The notes under the pieces: model-generated
Told to the model about the DNA's origin: nothing
The model's input: the letters and a program-made list of their open reading frames with translations, nothing else
Database searches by the model: none
Translations under genes and position numbers: made by a program
Source: Clostridia bacterium
Lineage (GTDB): Bacteria > Bacillota > Clostridia > Christensenellales > Borkfalkiaceae
Assembly: GCA_017621735.1 (NCBI GenBank)
Contig: JAGASM010000006.1
Location: 13,036-77,035 of the forward strand
DNA: 64,000 nucleotides
Direction: 5' to 3'
Shown here: positions 43,686 through 57,019 of the stretch, piece after piece
How the letters are laid out: each line of letters opens with the position of its first letter
How positions within the stretch are numbered: position 1 is the first letter of the stretch

Positions 43686-46166
43686 ATGTTACAAGTAAAA
43701 GATTTGGTCAAACGCTACAAAACGAAGGGGGAAACGGTATACGCCCTTAACGGCGTTTCCGTCAACTTTCCCGAACGCGGAATGGTGTTTCTGCTTGGAA
43801 AATCGGGGAGTGGAAAATCCACCTTGCTCAACGTATCGGGCGGGCTTGATTCGCCCGACGCGGGGGAAATTATCGTCAAAGGGAAGTCCTCGAAGGACTT
43901 TTCACAGGACGATTTCGACTCTTACCGCAACACATACGTTGGATTTATCTTTCAAGAATATAACATCTTGAACGAATTTACGGTTGCGGAAAACGTCGCG
44001 TTGGCACTTGAATTGCAGGGAAAACCGCGCGATCCGGAACTCATTGCCGATCTTTTGCGACAAGTCGATCTTGCAGGTCTTGGCGACCGCCGTCCCAACA
44101 CCCTTTCGGGAGGGCAAAAACAGCGCGTCGCGATTGCACGCGCACTCGTAAAAAATCCGGAGATCATCATGGCGGACGAGCCGACGGGTGCGCTCGATTC
44201 GGCGACGGGAAAACAAGTATTCGATACGCTGAAAAAGTTGTCGAAAGAAAAACTCGTCGTCATCGTATCGCACGATCGCGAATTTGCGGAAGAATACGCC
44301 GACCGAATCATTGAACTTCGGGACGGGAACATCATTTCCGACGTAACCCGCGGGGAAGGAGAGGCAGTCGTTCGCAGTAATTTGACGGAAATTTCCGAAA
44401 AGAAACTCGGCGTTACGTGCGGAGCAACGCTTTCCGACGAGGAGATCGCTCGCGTTTGCGCGTTCCTCAAAAATGGAAAGGGCAGTTTTATCATTTCAAG
44501 CGACGTAGAAGACGTCGTCGAGGTAGAGCAAAAGGAAAGCGCGGGCTTTTGCCAAACGGTCGAAGCGCCCGCCCGTTCTTACACGAAGGACGAGAGTCAG
44601 TTTATCAAGTCGAAATTCCCCTTGCGCCATGCCGTGAAGATGGGCATTTCGGGGTTGAAGTTTAAGCCGCTTCGCTTGGTGTTTACCATGCTCCTTTCGA
44701 CGATCGCGTTTATCGTGTTCGGCGTATTCTCTACGCTCATGACCTATTCGGAGGCAAAGGTGGGCGCGAAAACGTTGCAAACGTCCGATTACGGCGCGGC
44801 GGTTCTCACCAAAAACGCCATCTTCCACATGAAAAACGACGCGGGCAAGTATACGGTCAAGATGGCGACTTCCAAAAATGCGGGGGCACACTTCTCACCG
44901 ACGGAAATCGACGTCATCAACAGAAATTATCCGACGATGGGCTTTATTCCCGCGTACGATTTTAACCAAACTCTTTCGTTTGCACAGGCGGCGCAATCGC
45001 GCGACGGAAGCACGAACGAGTTCTATAAGCAGAGCGATTTTTATTACGCAATGTCGTCGTTTACGGCGTTTGCGAGCGTGGAAGACATTCGCGGCAACGA
45101 AAACTTTACGCTCGTAGAGGGGAAATATCCCGAACGGAATAACGAGGCGCTCGTATCCAAAAAAGTGTTTGAAACGTTCCGTCAATTTGGCTATAACGTC
45201 GGGGCGGGCAACGTAAATATTGAAAATTACTCCGATTTGATCGGAAAGGAAATCCCTCTTCCCGTCCTCAATTCGACGGCGAAGATTCGCATTCAAGTGG
45301 TCGGAATTCTCGATACGCACGAGGAATTTCCTTCTTTTGAGGACTTAAAGACGCGTGAGGCGGGCAACGTCGATTTGGCGCACATTCAAAAGCGCGTAGA
45401 AAAATTGCGCGACGTGTTCAAGTATTCGATGGCGTCCCTTGCGTTTGTTCCCGAAGGGTTTTACGAATTATACGAGCAATTTGACGCGGACGTAGATAAT
45501 TCGTTAGAAAACTTGTTAAATCGCTATCAAAGCATGCAGGGCGGTTGGTGGCGCGCGACGTTTGAAGGGACGAATTATACCGAAGACATCGAGTGGTACC
45601 ATCAATATCTCTTTGCTCCGATTATGGAGGGGAGAACGGCGAAGTGCAACACTCTCATGAATAAGATCAACGACATCGTAGATGAAACGAACGATTTGGT
45701 GTACGTTGCGCCCTACGTCTTTGTCAACGATATCGGTATCAACAGTCAAATGCTCGATCAAATTTCCCTTATTTTGGGGATCGCGGCGAGCGTGCTTGCC
45801 GTATTTGCGGCGCTCCTTCTCTTCAACTTTATTTCGGCGAGCATCAATGCGAAGAAAAAGGATATCGGTATTTTGCGTGCGGTCGGCGCGCGCGGAATCG
45901 ACGTGTTCAAAATCTTTATGGTTGAGGGGATCGCCGTTACGCTCATTTGTTTCATTCTCGGTTGTATCGGCAGTATGGCGGCGTGTGCGATCGTCAATAA
46001 CGTGCTTACGGCAAAGGGAATTTTGGGATACCGATTCTTCCTCTTCGACTGGTTGAACGCGCTCATCGTACTTGGAATTTCCTTTGTTTCCGCGCTTGTC
46101 GCTACGCTCATTCCCGTCGTTTTGAACGTGCGCAAAAAGCCGGTTGAGGCAATTCGTTCCATCTAA
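43686..46166 (+). CDS. MacB-like ABC transporter, fused ATPase + FtsX-type permease
   Basis: Walker A GKSGSGKST, signature LSGGQKQRVAIARAL and Walker B IIMADEPT. A large extracytoplasmic domain and a C-terminal FtsX 4-helix bundle follow. Confidence 0.85.
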   Translation: MLQVKDLVKRYKTKGETVYALNGVSVNFPERGMVFLLGKSGSGKSTLLNVSGGLDSPDAGEIIVKGKSSKDFSQDDFDSYRNTYVGFIFQEYNILNEFTVAENVALALELQGKPRDPELIADLLRQVDLAGLGDRRPNTLSGGQKQRVAIARALVKNPEIIMADEPTGALDSATGKQVFDTLKKLSKEKLVVIVSHDREFAEEYADRIIELRDGNIISDVTRGEGEAVVRSNLTEISEKKLGVTCGATLSDEEIARVCAFLKNGKGSFIISSDVEDVVEVEQKESAGFCQTVEAPARSYTKDESQFIKSKFPLRHAVKMGISGLKFKPLRLVFTMLLSTIAFIVFGVFSTLMTYSEAKVGAKTLQTSDYGAAVLTKNAIFHMKNDAGKYTVKMATSKNAGAHFSPTEIDVINRNYPTMGFIPAYDFNQTLSFAQAAQSRDGSTNEFYKQSDFYYAMSSFTAFASVEDIRGNENFTLVEGKYPERNNEALVSKKVFETFRQFGYNVGAGNVNIENYSDLIGKEIPLPVLNSTAKIRIQVVGILDTHEEFPSFEDLKTREAGNVDLAHIQKRVEKLRDVFKYSMASLAFVPEGFYELYEQFDADVDNSLENLLNRYQSMQGGWWRATFEGTNYTEDIEWYHQYLFAPIMEGRTAKCNTLMNKINDIVDETNDLVYVAPYVFVNDIGINSQMLDQISLILGIAASVLAVFAALLLFNFISASINAKKKDIGILRAVGARGIDVFKIFMVEGIAVTLICFILGCIGSMAACAIVNNVLTAKGILGYRFFLFDWLNALIVLGISFVSALVATLIPVVLNVRKKPVEAIRSI

Positions 46167-46197
46167 AGAAAAATTTGCAAAATCAAGGCGAAAAAAA

Positions 46198-46226
46198 TTG
46201 ACAAGCGGCGATTGCTTTGTTATAAT
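46198..46226 (+). promoter_or_regulatory. Consensus sigma-A promoter (TTGACA-17-TATAAT)
   Basis: Hexamers read directly from the sequence, upstream of rpsU. Confidence 0.75.
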
Positions 46227-46266
46227 AAGTCGGTAAATAAGTGCTAAGGCGAAGGAGGGTAGTATT

Positions 46267-46443
46267 ATGTCCACGATCCGTGTTGGTGAAAACGAAAACT
46301 TGGAAAGCGCATTGCGCCGTTTTAAGAGAAAGTGCTCGCGCGACGGCATCATCGGCGATCTCAGAAAGAAAGAGTTTTATGAAAAACCTTCCGTAAAAAA
46401 GAGAAAGAAGTCCGAAGCTGCCAGAAAAAGAAGCAAAAACTAA
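46267..46443 (+). CDS. rpsU: 30S ribosomal protein S21
   Basis: Hand translation gives [58 protein letters not shown] (58 aa, below the ORF-track cutoff). AAGGAGG is upstream. Confidence 0.9.
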   Translation: MSTIRVGENENLESALRRFKRKCSRDGIIGDLRKKEFYEKPSVKKRKKSEAARKRSKN

Positions 46444-46448
46444 CCAAA

Positions 46449-46480
46449 GAAATCCGTAACGCAAGTTGCGGATTTTTCTT
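46449..46480 (+). terminator. Rho-independent terminator after rpsU
   Basis: AAATCCGTAAC-GCAA-GTTGCGGATTT stem followed by TTCTTT. Confidence 0.7.
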
Positions 46481-46508
46481 TGCAAAAAAAGTCGAATGAG
46501 GTAGAAAT

Positions 46509-46919
46509 ATGGAACGCACGTTAAAGTCGCTTGCAAAAGAAGCAAAAATGCGCATGAAGCGCGGATTTTGGGCGGAATGTAGCGAACAGCTCGACAACGA
46601 GCGCAAAAAAGCGAAAGAATGCGGCATAAACGAAAGTAAAATGGAGCGCTATTTTACACAAAAAGTAACGACGCAAATTCGCGGAGAAAAGGCGGACGAG
46701 TTCTATTTGAAGGTGCGCGATCTGCTTCTTACCGAAGGGGAGGTGTCCGACGCGATCGGACGGCTCACGGACAAAGAATATTATTCGACGCTTTCTTATT
46801 CGGAAAAGCAACGTTACAGTTTAGACCTTTCCGAACGGTATTTGCGCGCGTTAGAACGGTTTAAGCGGGAGTATGAGTTTGAATACAAAAGCGCAGGGCG
46901 GGAATTGCACGGAAAATGA
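46509..46919 (+). CDS. Hypothetical charged, helical protein (136 aa)
   Basis: An ORF with GAGG upstream. No family recognised. Confidence 0.5.
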   Translation: MERTLKSLAKEAKMRMKRGFWAECSEQLDNERKKAKECGINESKMERYFTQKVTTQIRGEKADEFYLKVRDLLLTEGEVSDAIGRLTDKEYYSTLSYSEKQRYSLDLSERYLRALERFKREYEFEYKSAGRELHGK

Positions 46920-46938
46920 TAAAAACGGGCAAATTCTA

Positions 46939-46967
46939 TTGAAAAAAAGTTGCGTTTGCGGTATAAT
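46939..46967 (+). promoter_or_regulatory. Sigma-A-type promoter (TTGAAA-17-TATAAT)
   Basis: Hexamers read directly from the sequence, upstream of pcrA. Confidence 0.6.
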
Positions 46968-46994
46968 AATTGCAAACAAACATTAGGAATACGA

Positions 46995-51292
<4,298 letters not shown>

Positions 51293-51327
51293 AAGGTGCG
51301 CAGTCATTCTTTTGTAAACGAAAATGG

Positions 51328-51362
51328 AAAAAACGCGGAATTTTGTTCCGCGTTTTTTTTGT
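51328..51362 (+). terminator. Rho-independent terminator after ligA
   Basis: AAACGCGGAA-N5-TTCCGCGTTT stem followed by a T-run. Confidence 0.85.
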
Positions 51363-51393
51363 TTGTTTCGTGCAGAAAACTTTCCCCAAACAC

Positions 51394-51422
51394 TTGAAAA
51401 TCCCGTTTTCGTATGGTATAAT
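51394..51422 (+). promoter_or_regulatory. Sigma-A-type promoter (TTGAAA-17-TATAAT)
   Basis: Hexamers read directly from the sequence, upstream of yicC. Confidence 0.7.
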
Positions 51423-51472
51423 AGTACAATAAAACAATCGAAGAACTACGTTCTTCGGACGGAGATGGCGCG

Positions 51473-52345
51473 ATGTACAGTATGACGGGATTCGGAAAGG
51501 GCGAATATCGGGAAAACGGCGTAGAACTCACGGTTGAGGTGAAAACGGTGAACAATCGGTTTTTGGACGTTTCGGTAAAGAGCCCGCGCATTTTTGCTGC
51601 ATACGAAGAAGTGATTCGTTCCCTCGTTCGCGAAGGGCTTTCCCGTGGGCACGTCGACGTTTACGTAACGTTTACGGATAAGCGGGAGAAGGCGAAGGCG
51701 CTTTTCGTCGATATGCCCGCGGCGAAGGCTTACGTGCAGGCGGCAAAGGAGATTGCTTGCGCGTTCCCCGAACTTGCCAACGACGTTACGGTTTCATCCG
51801 TACTCCGTGCGCCCGACGTTACCCGCCAAGAAGAGGTTGCGGGTGCGGACGAAACGCTTGTAGAAGCGCTTCGCTCGGCGCTTTCCCGTGCGCTTTCCGC
51901 CTTAAAAGAAATGCGCAAAACGGAAGGCGAACGCTTGAAAGAAGATATTCTTTCGCGAATGGAAAAGATCAGTTTGTTGCGGGAAAAGATTGCGTCCCGC
52001 GCTCCGCTCGTTTCGGAAGAATATCGCAAAAAACTCACCGACCGCATGCAAGAATTTTTGGACGGAAAGGTGGACGAAGTGCGTATTTTGACGGAGGCGG
52101 CTCTCTTTGCGGATAAGTGCAATATCGATGAAGAACTCACCCGACTTTCCTCCCACGTAAAAGAATTTTATGCGATTTGCAAAAACGATACGGTGGGGAG
52201 AAAACTCGACTTTCTCGTACAAGAGTTTAACCGCGAATGCAACACCGTTTGCAGTAAATCCAACGACGCGGAAATTACCGCTTACGCACTTGACATGAAA
52301 AACGAAATCGAAAAGGTGCGCGAGCAAATTCAAAATTTGGAGTAA
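51473..52345 (+). CDS. yicC: YicC/YloC-family stress-induced endoribonuclease-like protein
   Basis: MTGFGKGE N-terminus, VNNRFLD and the C-terminal EIEKVREQIQNLE. Confidence 0.9.
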   Translation: MYSMTGFGKGEYRENGVELTVEVKTVNNRFLDVSVKSPRIFAAYEEVIRSLVREGLSRGHVDVYVTFTDKREKAKALFVDMPAAKAYVQAAKEIACAFPELANDVTVSSVLRAPDVTRQEEVAGADETLVEALRSALSRALSALKEMRKTEGERLKEDILSRMEKISLLREKIASRAPLVSEEYRKKLTDRMQEFLDGKVDEVRILTEAALFADKCNIDEELTRLSSHVKEFYAICKNDTVGRKLDFLVQEFNRECNTVCSKSNDAEITAYALDMKNEIEKVREQIQNLE

Positions 52346-52347
52346 TC

Positions 52348-52908
52348 ATGCAAAACGTTTTACTTGCAATATCCGGACCTTCCGGCGTTGGAAAGGGAAC
52401 GCTCGTCAAATTGCTGATGGAAGAGGACGAAAACTTGGCGCTCTCCGTTTCCTGTACGACGCGTGCCCCGCGTGAGGGGGAAGTGGACGGAAGGGAGTAC
52501 TTTTTTATTAGTAAGCAAGAATTTCTCTCCCGCATTTCAGAAGACGATTTTTTGGAATACGACGAGCATTTCGGCAATTATTACGGGACACCCCGTTCCT
52601 TTGTCGAACGAAGGCTGAAAGAGAAATCGGTCGTGTTGGAGATCGACGTCGTCGGCGCGTTAAACGCGAAGCGGTTGATGCCCCAGACGGTGCTTGTTAT
52701 GATCGTTCCGCCCGACATGGAAGAGTTGGAAGACCGCCTTTGCGGGCGTGGATCGGAATCGGCGTGCGAACGTTCGGAGCGTTTGCGCCGCGTTCGGTAC
52801 GAACTTGCGCAACAAGACAAATACGACTACGTCGTCGTGAACGACGATTTGCAAACGGCAAAAAAACGTTTGCAGGAAATCATTCAAACGGAAAGAAATA
52901 AAGGTTGA
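52348..52908 (+). CDS. gmk: Guanylate kinase
   Basis: P-loop SGPSGVGKGT and TTRAPREGEVDGREYFF. Confidence 0.95.
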   Translation: MQNVLLAISGPSGVGKGTLVKLLMEEDENLALSVSCTTRAPREGEVDGREYFFISKQEFLSRISEDDFLEYDEHFGNYYGTPRSFVERRLKEKSVVLEIDVVGALNAKRLMPQTVLVMIVPPDMEELEDRLCGRGSESACERSERLRRVRYELAQQDKYDYVVVNDDLQTAKKRLQEIIQTERNKG

Positions 52909-52927
52909 TAGAAGAAAGGAGAACACT

Positions 52928-53149
52928 ATGATTAACGAACCCTCTGTAGACGCTTTGATCCGCAAACTCGGAACGGAAGACGCTCCCGTCAGTAGATACG
53001 AACTGTGCGTTGTCGTCGCAAAGCGCACCCGTCAGATTATTGAGCAAGTGCAAAATCTGGGTACGGGAGAAACGCTCGGCAAGCAAAAGGAAATCGTCCT
53101 TGCTTGTCAAGAAATTCTCAACGGAAAAGTAACGAGCGCAAAGGATTGA
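52928..53149 (+). CDS. rpoZ: DNA-directed RNA polymerase subunit omega
   Basis: SRYELCVVVAKRTRQI motif. The size and the position after gmk fit. Confidence 0.9.
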   Translation: MINEPSVDALIRKLGTEDAPVSRYELCVVVAKRTRQIIEQVQNLGTGETLGKQKEIVLACQEILNGKVTSAKD

Positions 53150-53200
53150 GAAACCGCCCCGAAGTAAAACGGGGCATTTTCACTTTTTAGGGAAGAGGTT

Positions 53201-55375
53201 ATGGTAGCGGAAGTTATCGTGGATATCGCGCATAGCGACGTAGACAAGATCTTCGATTATGCGTGCGGGGAAGAAATATGTGCGGGAATGCGCGTTACCG
53301 TTCCGTTCGGAAAGACGACGGTAACGGGCTTTGTCATGCGCGTAAAAGAAAAGAGCGACTTTCCGATGGAAAAACTCCGCAAAATTTACCGCGCGGAGGA
53401 GAAATTTCCCGCATTAAACGCGGAGTGTCTTGCCCTTGCCGACAAAATTGCTTCCCGTTATCGCTGTCCCAAAGCGCTTGTATTGCGCCTCTTTTTGCCG
53501 TCCGAGATGCGTACGGGCAAAACGAGCGAGCGGTACCGCCAAATTGCATTGCCGTGCGACGGAGTATCGCCCGTCTTTTCCGCAAATGCAAAGGCGCAGG
53601 CGGCGGCTTATGCGTTTTTGGAAGAAAAAGGAGAATACGACGCCACCCTTTTGAGAGAGCAGTTTGGTGCTTCCGCCGTAAAGGCGCTCGAAAAGAAGGG
53701 GTATCTTCGGTTTGAAAAAAGACGGCTTTTGCGCGCGCCGTTCCGCGAAATGGTCGGAGAACAAGTGGAGCGCACGCTTACGCCCGCGCAAGAAAAAGCC
53801 GTTCTCCGTGTGGAAGAAACACAAAAAACGGTTACCCTTTTGCACGGGGTTACGGGGAGCGGGAAGACGGAAATTTATCTTACCCTTATCGCCGAGCAGT
53901 TGAAAAAGGGGAAGAGCGCAATCTTTTTGGTGCCGGAAATTTCCTTGACGCCGCAAATGCTTGCGCAACTGCGCGCGCGGTTTGGCGAAAGCGCCGCGAT
54001 TTTGCATAGCGGGCTTTCGGCGGGCGAGCGGTTTGACGAATGGTGCCGCTTGCGTGAAGGCAGTGCGAAAATCGCCATCGGCGCGCGTTCGGCGGTCTTT
54101 GCACCCCTTGAAAAAATAGGAATCATCATCATCGACGAAGAGCACGACGGAAGTTATTCGAGCGAAACTTCTCCTCGGTATAATACCTTCGACGTCGCGC
54201 TTTTACGTGCAAAATACAACGGCTGTAAGTTGGTGCTCGGCAGCGCGACGCCCGCGGTAGAAACGTACCGACGTGCCAAGACGGGCGAGTTTGAATTGAT
54301 CACGCTTCCCGACAGAATCAACCGAAAGCCGCTCCCCGACGTTACGCTTGCCGATATGCGCCGCGAGGTGCGCAGGGGAAACGCCTCCGCATTCTCGTTA
54401 CAACTGCGGGAAAAGTTGGAAGAATGTCTTGAAAAGGGCAACCAAGCGATTATCTTCCTCAATCGGCGGGGATATTCGCAAAACGTTCTTTGTACGGCGT
54501 GCGGATACGTTGCAAAGTGTGAGCAATGCGACGTTGCCCTCACCTATCATAGCGAAGAAGACTGTTTGAAATGCCACTACTGCGGGACGAAATACCATAT
54601 GCTTTCGGGGTGTCCCGAGTGCGGCGGAACGCACATCAATTACGTTGGAACGGGAACGCAACGGGTGGTCGGTGAACTGAAAAAACTGTATCCCGGTGCC
54701 CGTATTTTACGAATGGACAACGATACGACAAGCGGGAAAGAGGGGCATTTCCGCATTTTGCGACAGTTTGCGCAAAAGGAAGCGGATATTCTCGTTGGAA
54801 CGCAAATGGTGGCAAAGGGACACGATTTCCCGTCCGTAACGCTCGTAGGAATTTTAGACGCGGATATGAGTTTGCATTTTCCCGATTACAGAAGCGGAGA
54901 GCGCACCTTCCAACTGATTACGCAAGTTGCGGGAAGGAGCGGTCGCGCCGACGAAAAGGGAGAGGTGGTTTTGCAAACGTACGATCCCGAAAATACCGTC
55001 TTGCGCTTTGCGTCAAAGTACGATTATTTGGGTTTTTACGAACATGAAATTGCGATGCGGCAAGCGACCATGTTCCCGCCTTTTGCAAAGATCGTTCGCG
55101 TTATGGTAACGGGAACGGACGAAAAAGAAACGCTCGACGGGTTAAAACGGGTGTATACGAAGTTGGAAAAGATCTATGCGGAACACGCGGAAGAGTTTCT
55201 ATTTTTCCATAAGATGCACGCACCCATCAAGCGCATTCAAAATAAGTTTCGCTATCAGGTTTTAATGCGCCTTTTGGACGGCGCGGTTCTCAAAGAAATT
55301 TATGCCTGCGTGGCGGAAGAAACAGGAAAAAACGTGTTAATTTACGTAGAAGAAAATCCGAGCAATCTCAGTTAA
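53201..55375 (+). CDS. priA: Primosomal protein N' (replication restart helicase PriA)
   Basis: GVTGSGKTE Walker A, the DEEHD box and the Cys-rich Zn region CTACGYVAKCEQCDV...CHYCG...CPECG. Confidence 0.95.
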   Translation: MVAEVIVDIAHSDVDKIFDYACGEEICAGMRVTVPFGKTTVTGFVMRVKEKSDFPMEKLRKIYRAEEKFPALNAECLALADKIASRYRCPKALVLRLFLPSEMRTGKTSERYRQIALPCDGVSPVFSANAKAQAAAYAFLEEKGEYDATLLREQFGASAVKALEKKGYLRFEKRRLLRAPFREMVGEQVERTLTPAQEKAVLRVEETQKTVTLLHGVTGSGKTEIYLTLIAEQLKKGKSAIFLVPEISLTPQMLAQLRARFGESAAILHSGLSAGERFDEWCRLREGSAKIAIGARSAVFAPLEKIGIIIIDEEHDGSYSSETSPRYNTFDVALLRAKYNGCKLVLGSATPAVETYRRAKTGEFELITLPDRINRKPLPDVTLADMRREVRRGNASAFSLQLREKLEECLEKGNQAIIFLNRRGYSQNVLCTACGYVAKCEQCDVALTYHSEEDCLKCHYCGTKYHMLSGCPECGGTHINYVGTGTQRVVGELKKLYPGARILRMDNDTTSGKEGHFRILRQFAQKEADILVGTQMVAKGHDFPSVTLVGILDADMSLHFPDYRSGERTFQLITQVAGRSGRADEKGEVVLQTYDPENTVLRFASKYDYLGFYEHEIAMRQATMFPPFAKIVRVMVTGTDEKETLDGLKRVYTKLEKIYAEHAEEFLFFHKMHAPIKRIQNKFRYQVLMRLLDGAVLKEIYACVAEETGKNVLIYVEENPSNLS

Positions 55376-55384
55376 GGAGTGATT

Positions 55385-55840
55385 ATGGTACGCGATATTG
55401 TGCAAATCGGCAATCCGATTTTACGGAAAAAATGCGAAAAGGTAACGGAGTTTGGAAAGGAACTCTCCTCTTTGCTCGACGACATGAAAGAAACGGTGAT
55501 CGCCTACGACGGCGCGGGGCTTGCGGCACCGCAAATCGGGGTGAACTTGCGCGTAGTCGTCATCAACGTCGACGAGGGGTATTTTGAACTTGTGAATCCC
55601 GTTTTCGTTTGGCAAAAAGGGGAGCAAATCGGTGCGGAAGGTTGCCTTTCCGTCCGCGGAAAGCAGGGAACGGTCGTTCGTCCTTCCAAGGTAAAAATTT
55701 TGTTTCAAGATCGGAACGGCGATAAATTTTCCCTCGTCGCGCGCGACTTTTTGGCGCGGGCAATTTGCCACGAACTCGACCATTTGGATGGTATTATATA
55801 CACGGATAAAGCGACGAACGTGCGCAATTCGGAAGACTGA
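55385..55840 (+). CDS. def: Peptide deformylase
   Basis: GAGLAAPQIG, EGCLS and HELDHL motifs. AAGGAG lies 6 nt upstream of ATG 55385. An alternative GTG start is at 55379. Confidence 0.95.
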   Translation: MVRDIVQIGNPILRKKCEKVTEFGKELSSLLDDMKETVIAYDGAGLAAPQIGVNLRVVVINVDEGYFELVNPVFVWQKGEQIGAEGCLSVRGKQGTVVRPSKVKILFQDRNGDKFSLVARDFLARAICHELDHLDGIIYTDKATNVRNSED

Positions 55841-56095
55841 CGGAGTGGGCAAAGCGCCCCAAATAAACGATAAAACCGCGATTTGCAATCTTCTTCGCGG
55901 ACGCGGTTTTAGAAACGGATAAAGCGACGAACGTGCGCAATTCGGAAGACTGACGGAGCGGGCAAAGTGCCCGAAATAAACGATAAAACCGCGATTTGCA
56001 ATCTTCTTCGCGGACGCGGTTTTAGAAACGGATAAAGCGACGAACGTGCGCAATTCAGAAGACTAACGGAGTGGGCAAAGCGCCCGAAATAAACT
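55802..56095. repeat. Tandem array, 2.6 copies of a 113-bp unit that re-copies the last 39 nt plus stop of def and adds a 45-nt hairpin module
   Basis: ACGGATAAAGCGACGAACGTGCGCAATTC(G/A)GAAGACT(G/A)ACGGAG begins at 55802, 55915 and 56028. The third copy lacks the hairpin module and runs straight into the fmt ATG. Confidence 0.9.
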
Positions 56096-57019
56096 ATGAA
56101 GATCGTCTACGCAGGGACGCCACAATTTGCGGTCGCTCCCTTAAAAAAATTATACGAAGCGGGATATGAAATTGTCGCCGTTTTAACCCAACCGGATAAA
56201 CCGCAAGGAAGAAAGGGAATTTTAACGCCTTCCCCCGTCAAAGTTGCGGCGGAAGAACTTTCTTTGCCCGTTTTACAGCCGTCAAAGTTAAAAGAGGACT
56301 GTTCCGCACTTGCCTCCATCGGTGCCGATTGTATGGTAACGTGCGCATACGGACAAATTTTAACGGAAGAGGTGCTGGGGTTATTCCCGCTCGGCGTTTG
56401 GAATATTCACGCGAGTTTGCTCCCTGAATATCGTGGCGCTGCGCCCATTCCCCGCGCCATTATGGACGGAAAAAGGGTAACGGGGATTACCGTTATGAAG
56501 ACGGAACTTGGGCTTGATACGGGGGATATCTTGTGCGCGCAAGAGGTGGAAATTGCAGAGAACGACACGTGCGGAACGCTTTCGGAAAAATTATCCCTTC
56601 TCGGCGCGGAACTCATTGCGAGGTCGCTCAAAGGAATCAAAGAGGCGACGCTTACTCCGCAAGGCGAGGGGTTTACTTGTAAAAAAGTACAACGGACGGA
56701 GGTGGATTTTTCCAAATCCGCAAAAGAAGTTTCTTGCTTGATTCGCTCTCTTTCTCCCGCTCCGCTCGCTTATGCGACGGCGAACGGGATTCAACTTAAC
56801 TTTTTTATGGCATCGACGAAAGAATACGACGGGAACGAGCCGTACGGAACGGTGCTGACGCAATCGCCCAAAGAGGGGTTAGTGGTAAAATGCGGGGAAG
56901 GCGCGGTGGTCATCACCGAATTGCAGCCTGCGGGCGGGAAGCGGATGCGCGCTTCCGACTTTATGAACGGAAGAAAAATCGGAAAGGGGACGCGTTTTGA
57001 AGACAAATCCGTTTTATGA
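56096..57019 (+). CDS. fmt: Methionyl-tRNA formyltransferase
   Basis: MKIVYAGTPQFAV N-terminus and the HASLLPEYRGAAPI motif. Confidence 0.95.
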   Translation: MKIVYAGTPQFAVAPLKKLYEAGYEIVAVLTQPDKPQGRKGILTPSPVKVAAEELSLPVLQPSKLKEDCSALASIGADCMVTCAYGQILTEEVLGLFPLGVWNIHASLLPEYRGAAPIPRAIMDGKRVTGITVMKTELGLDTGDILCAQEVEIAENDTCGTLSEKLSLLGAELIARSLKGIKEATLTPQGEGFTCKKVQRTEVDFSKSAKEVSCLIRSLSPAPLAYATANGIQLNFFMASTKEYDGNEPYGTVLTQSPKEGLVVKCGEGAVVITELQPAGGKRMRASDFMNGRKIGKGTRFEDKSVL

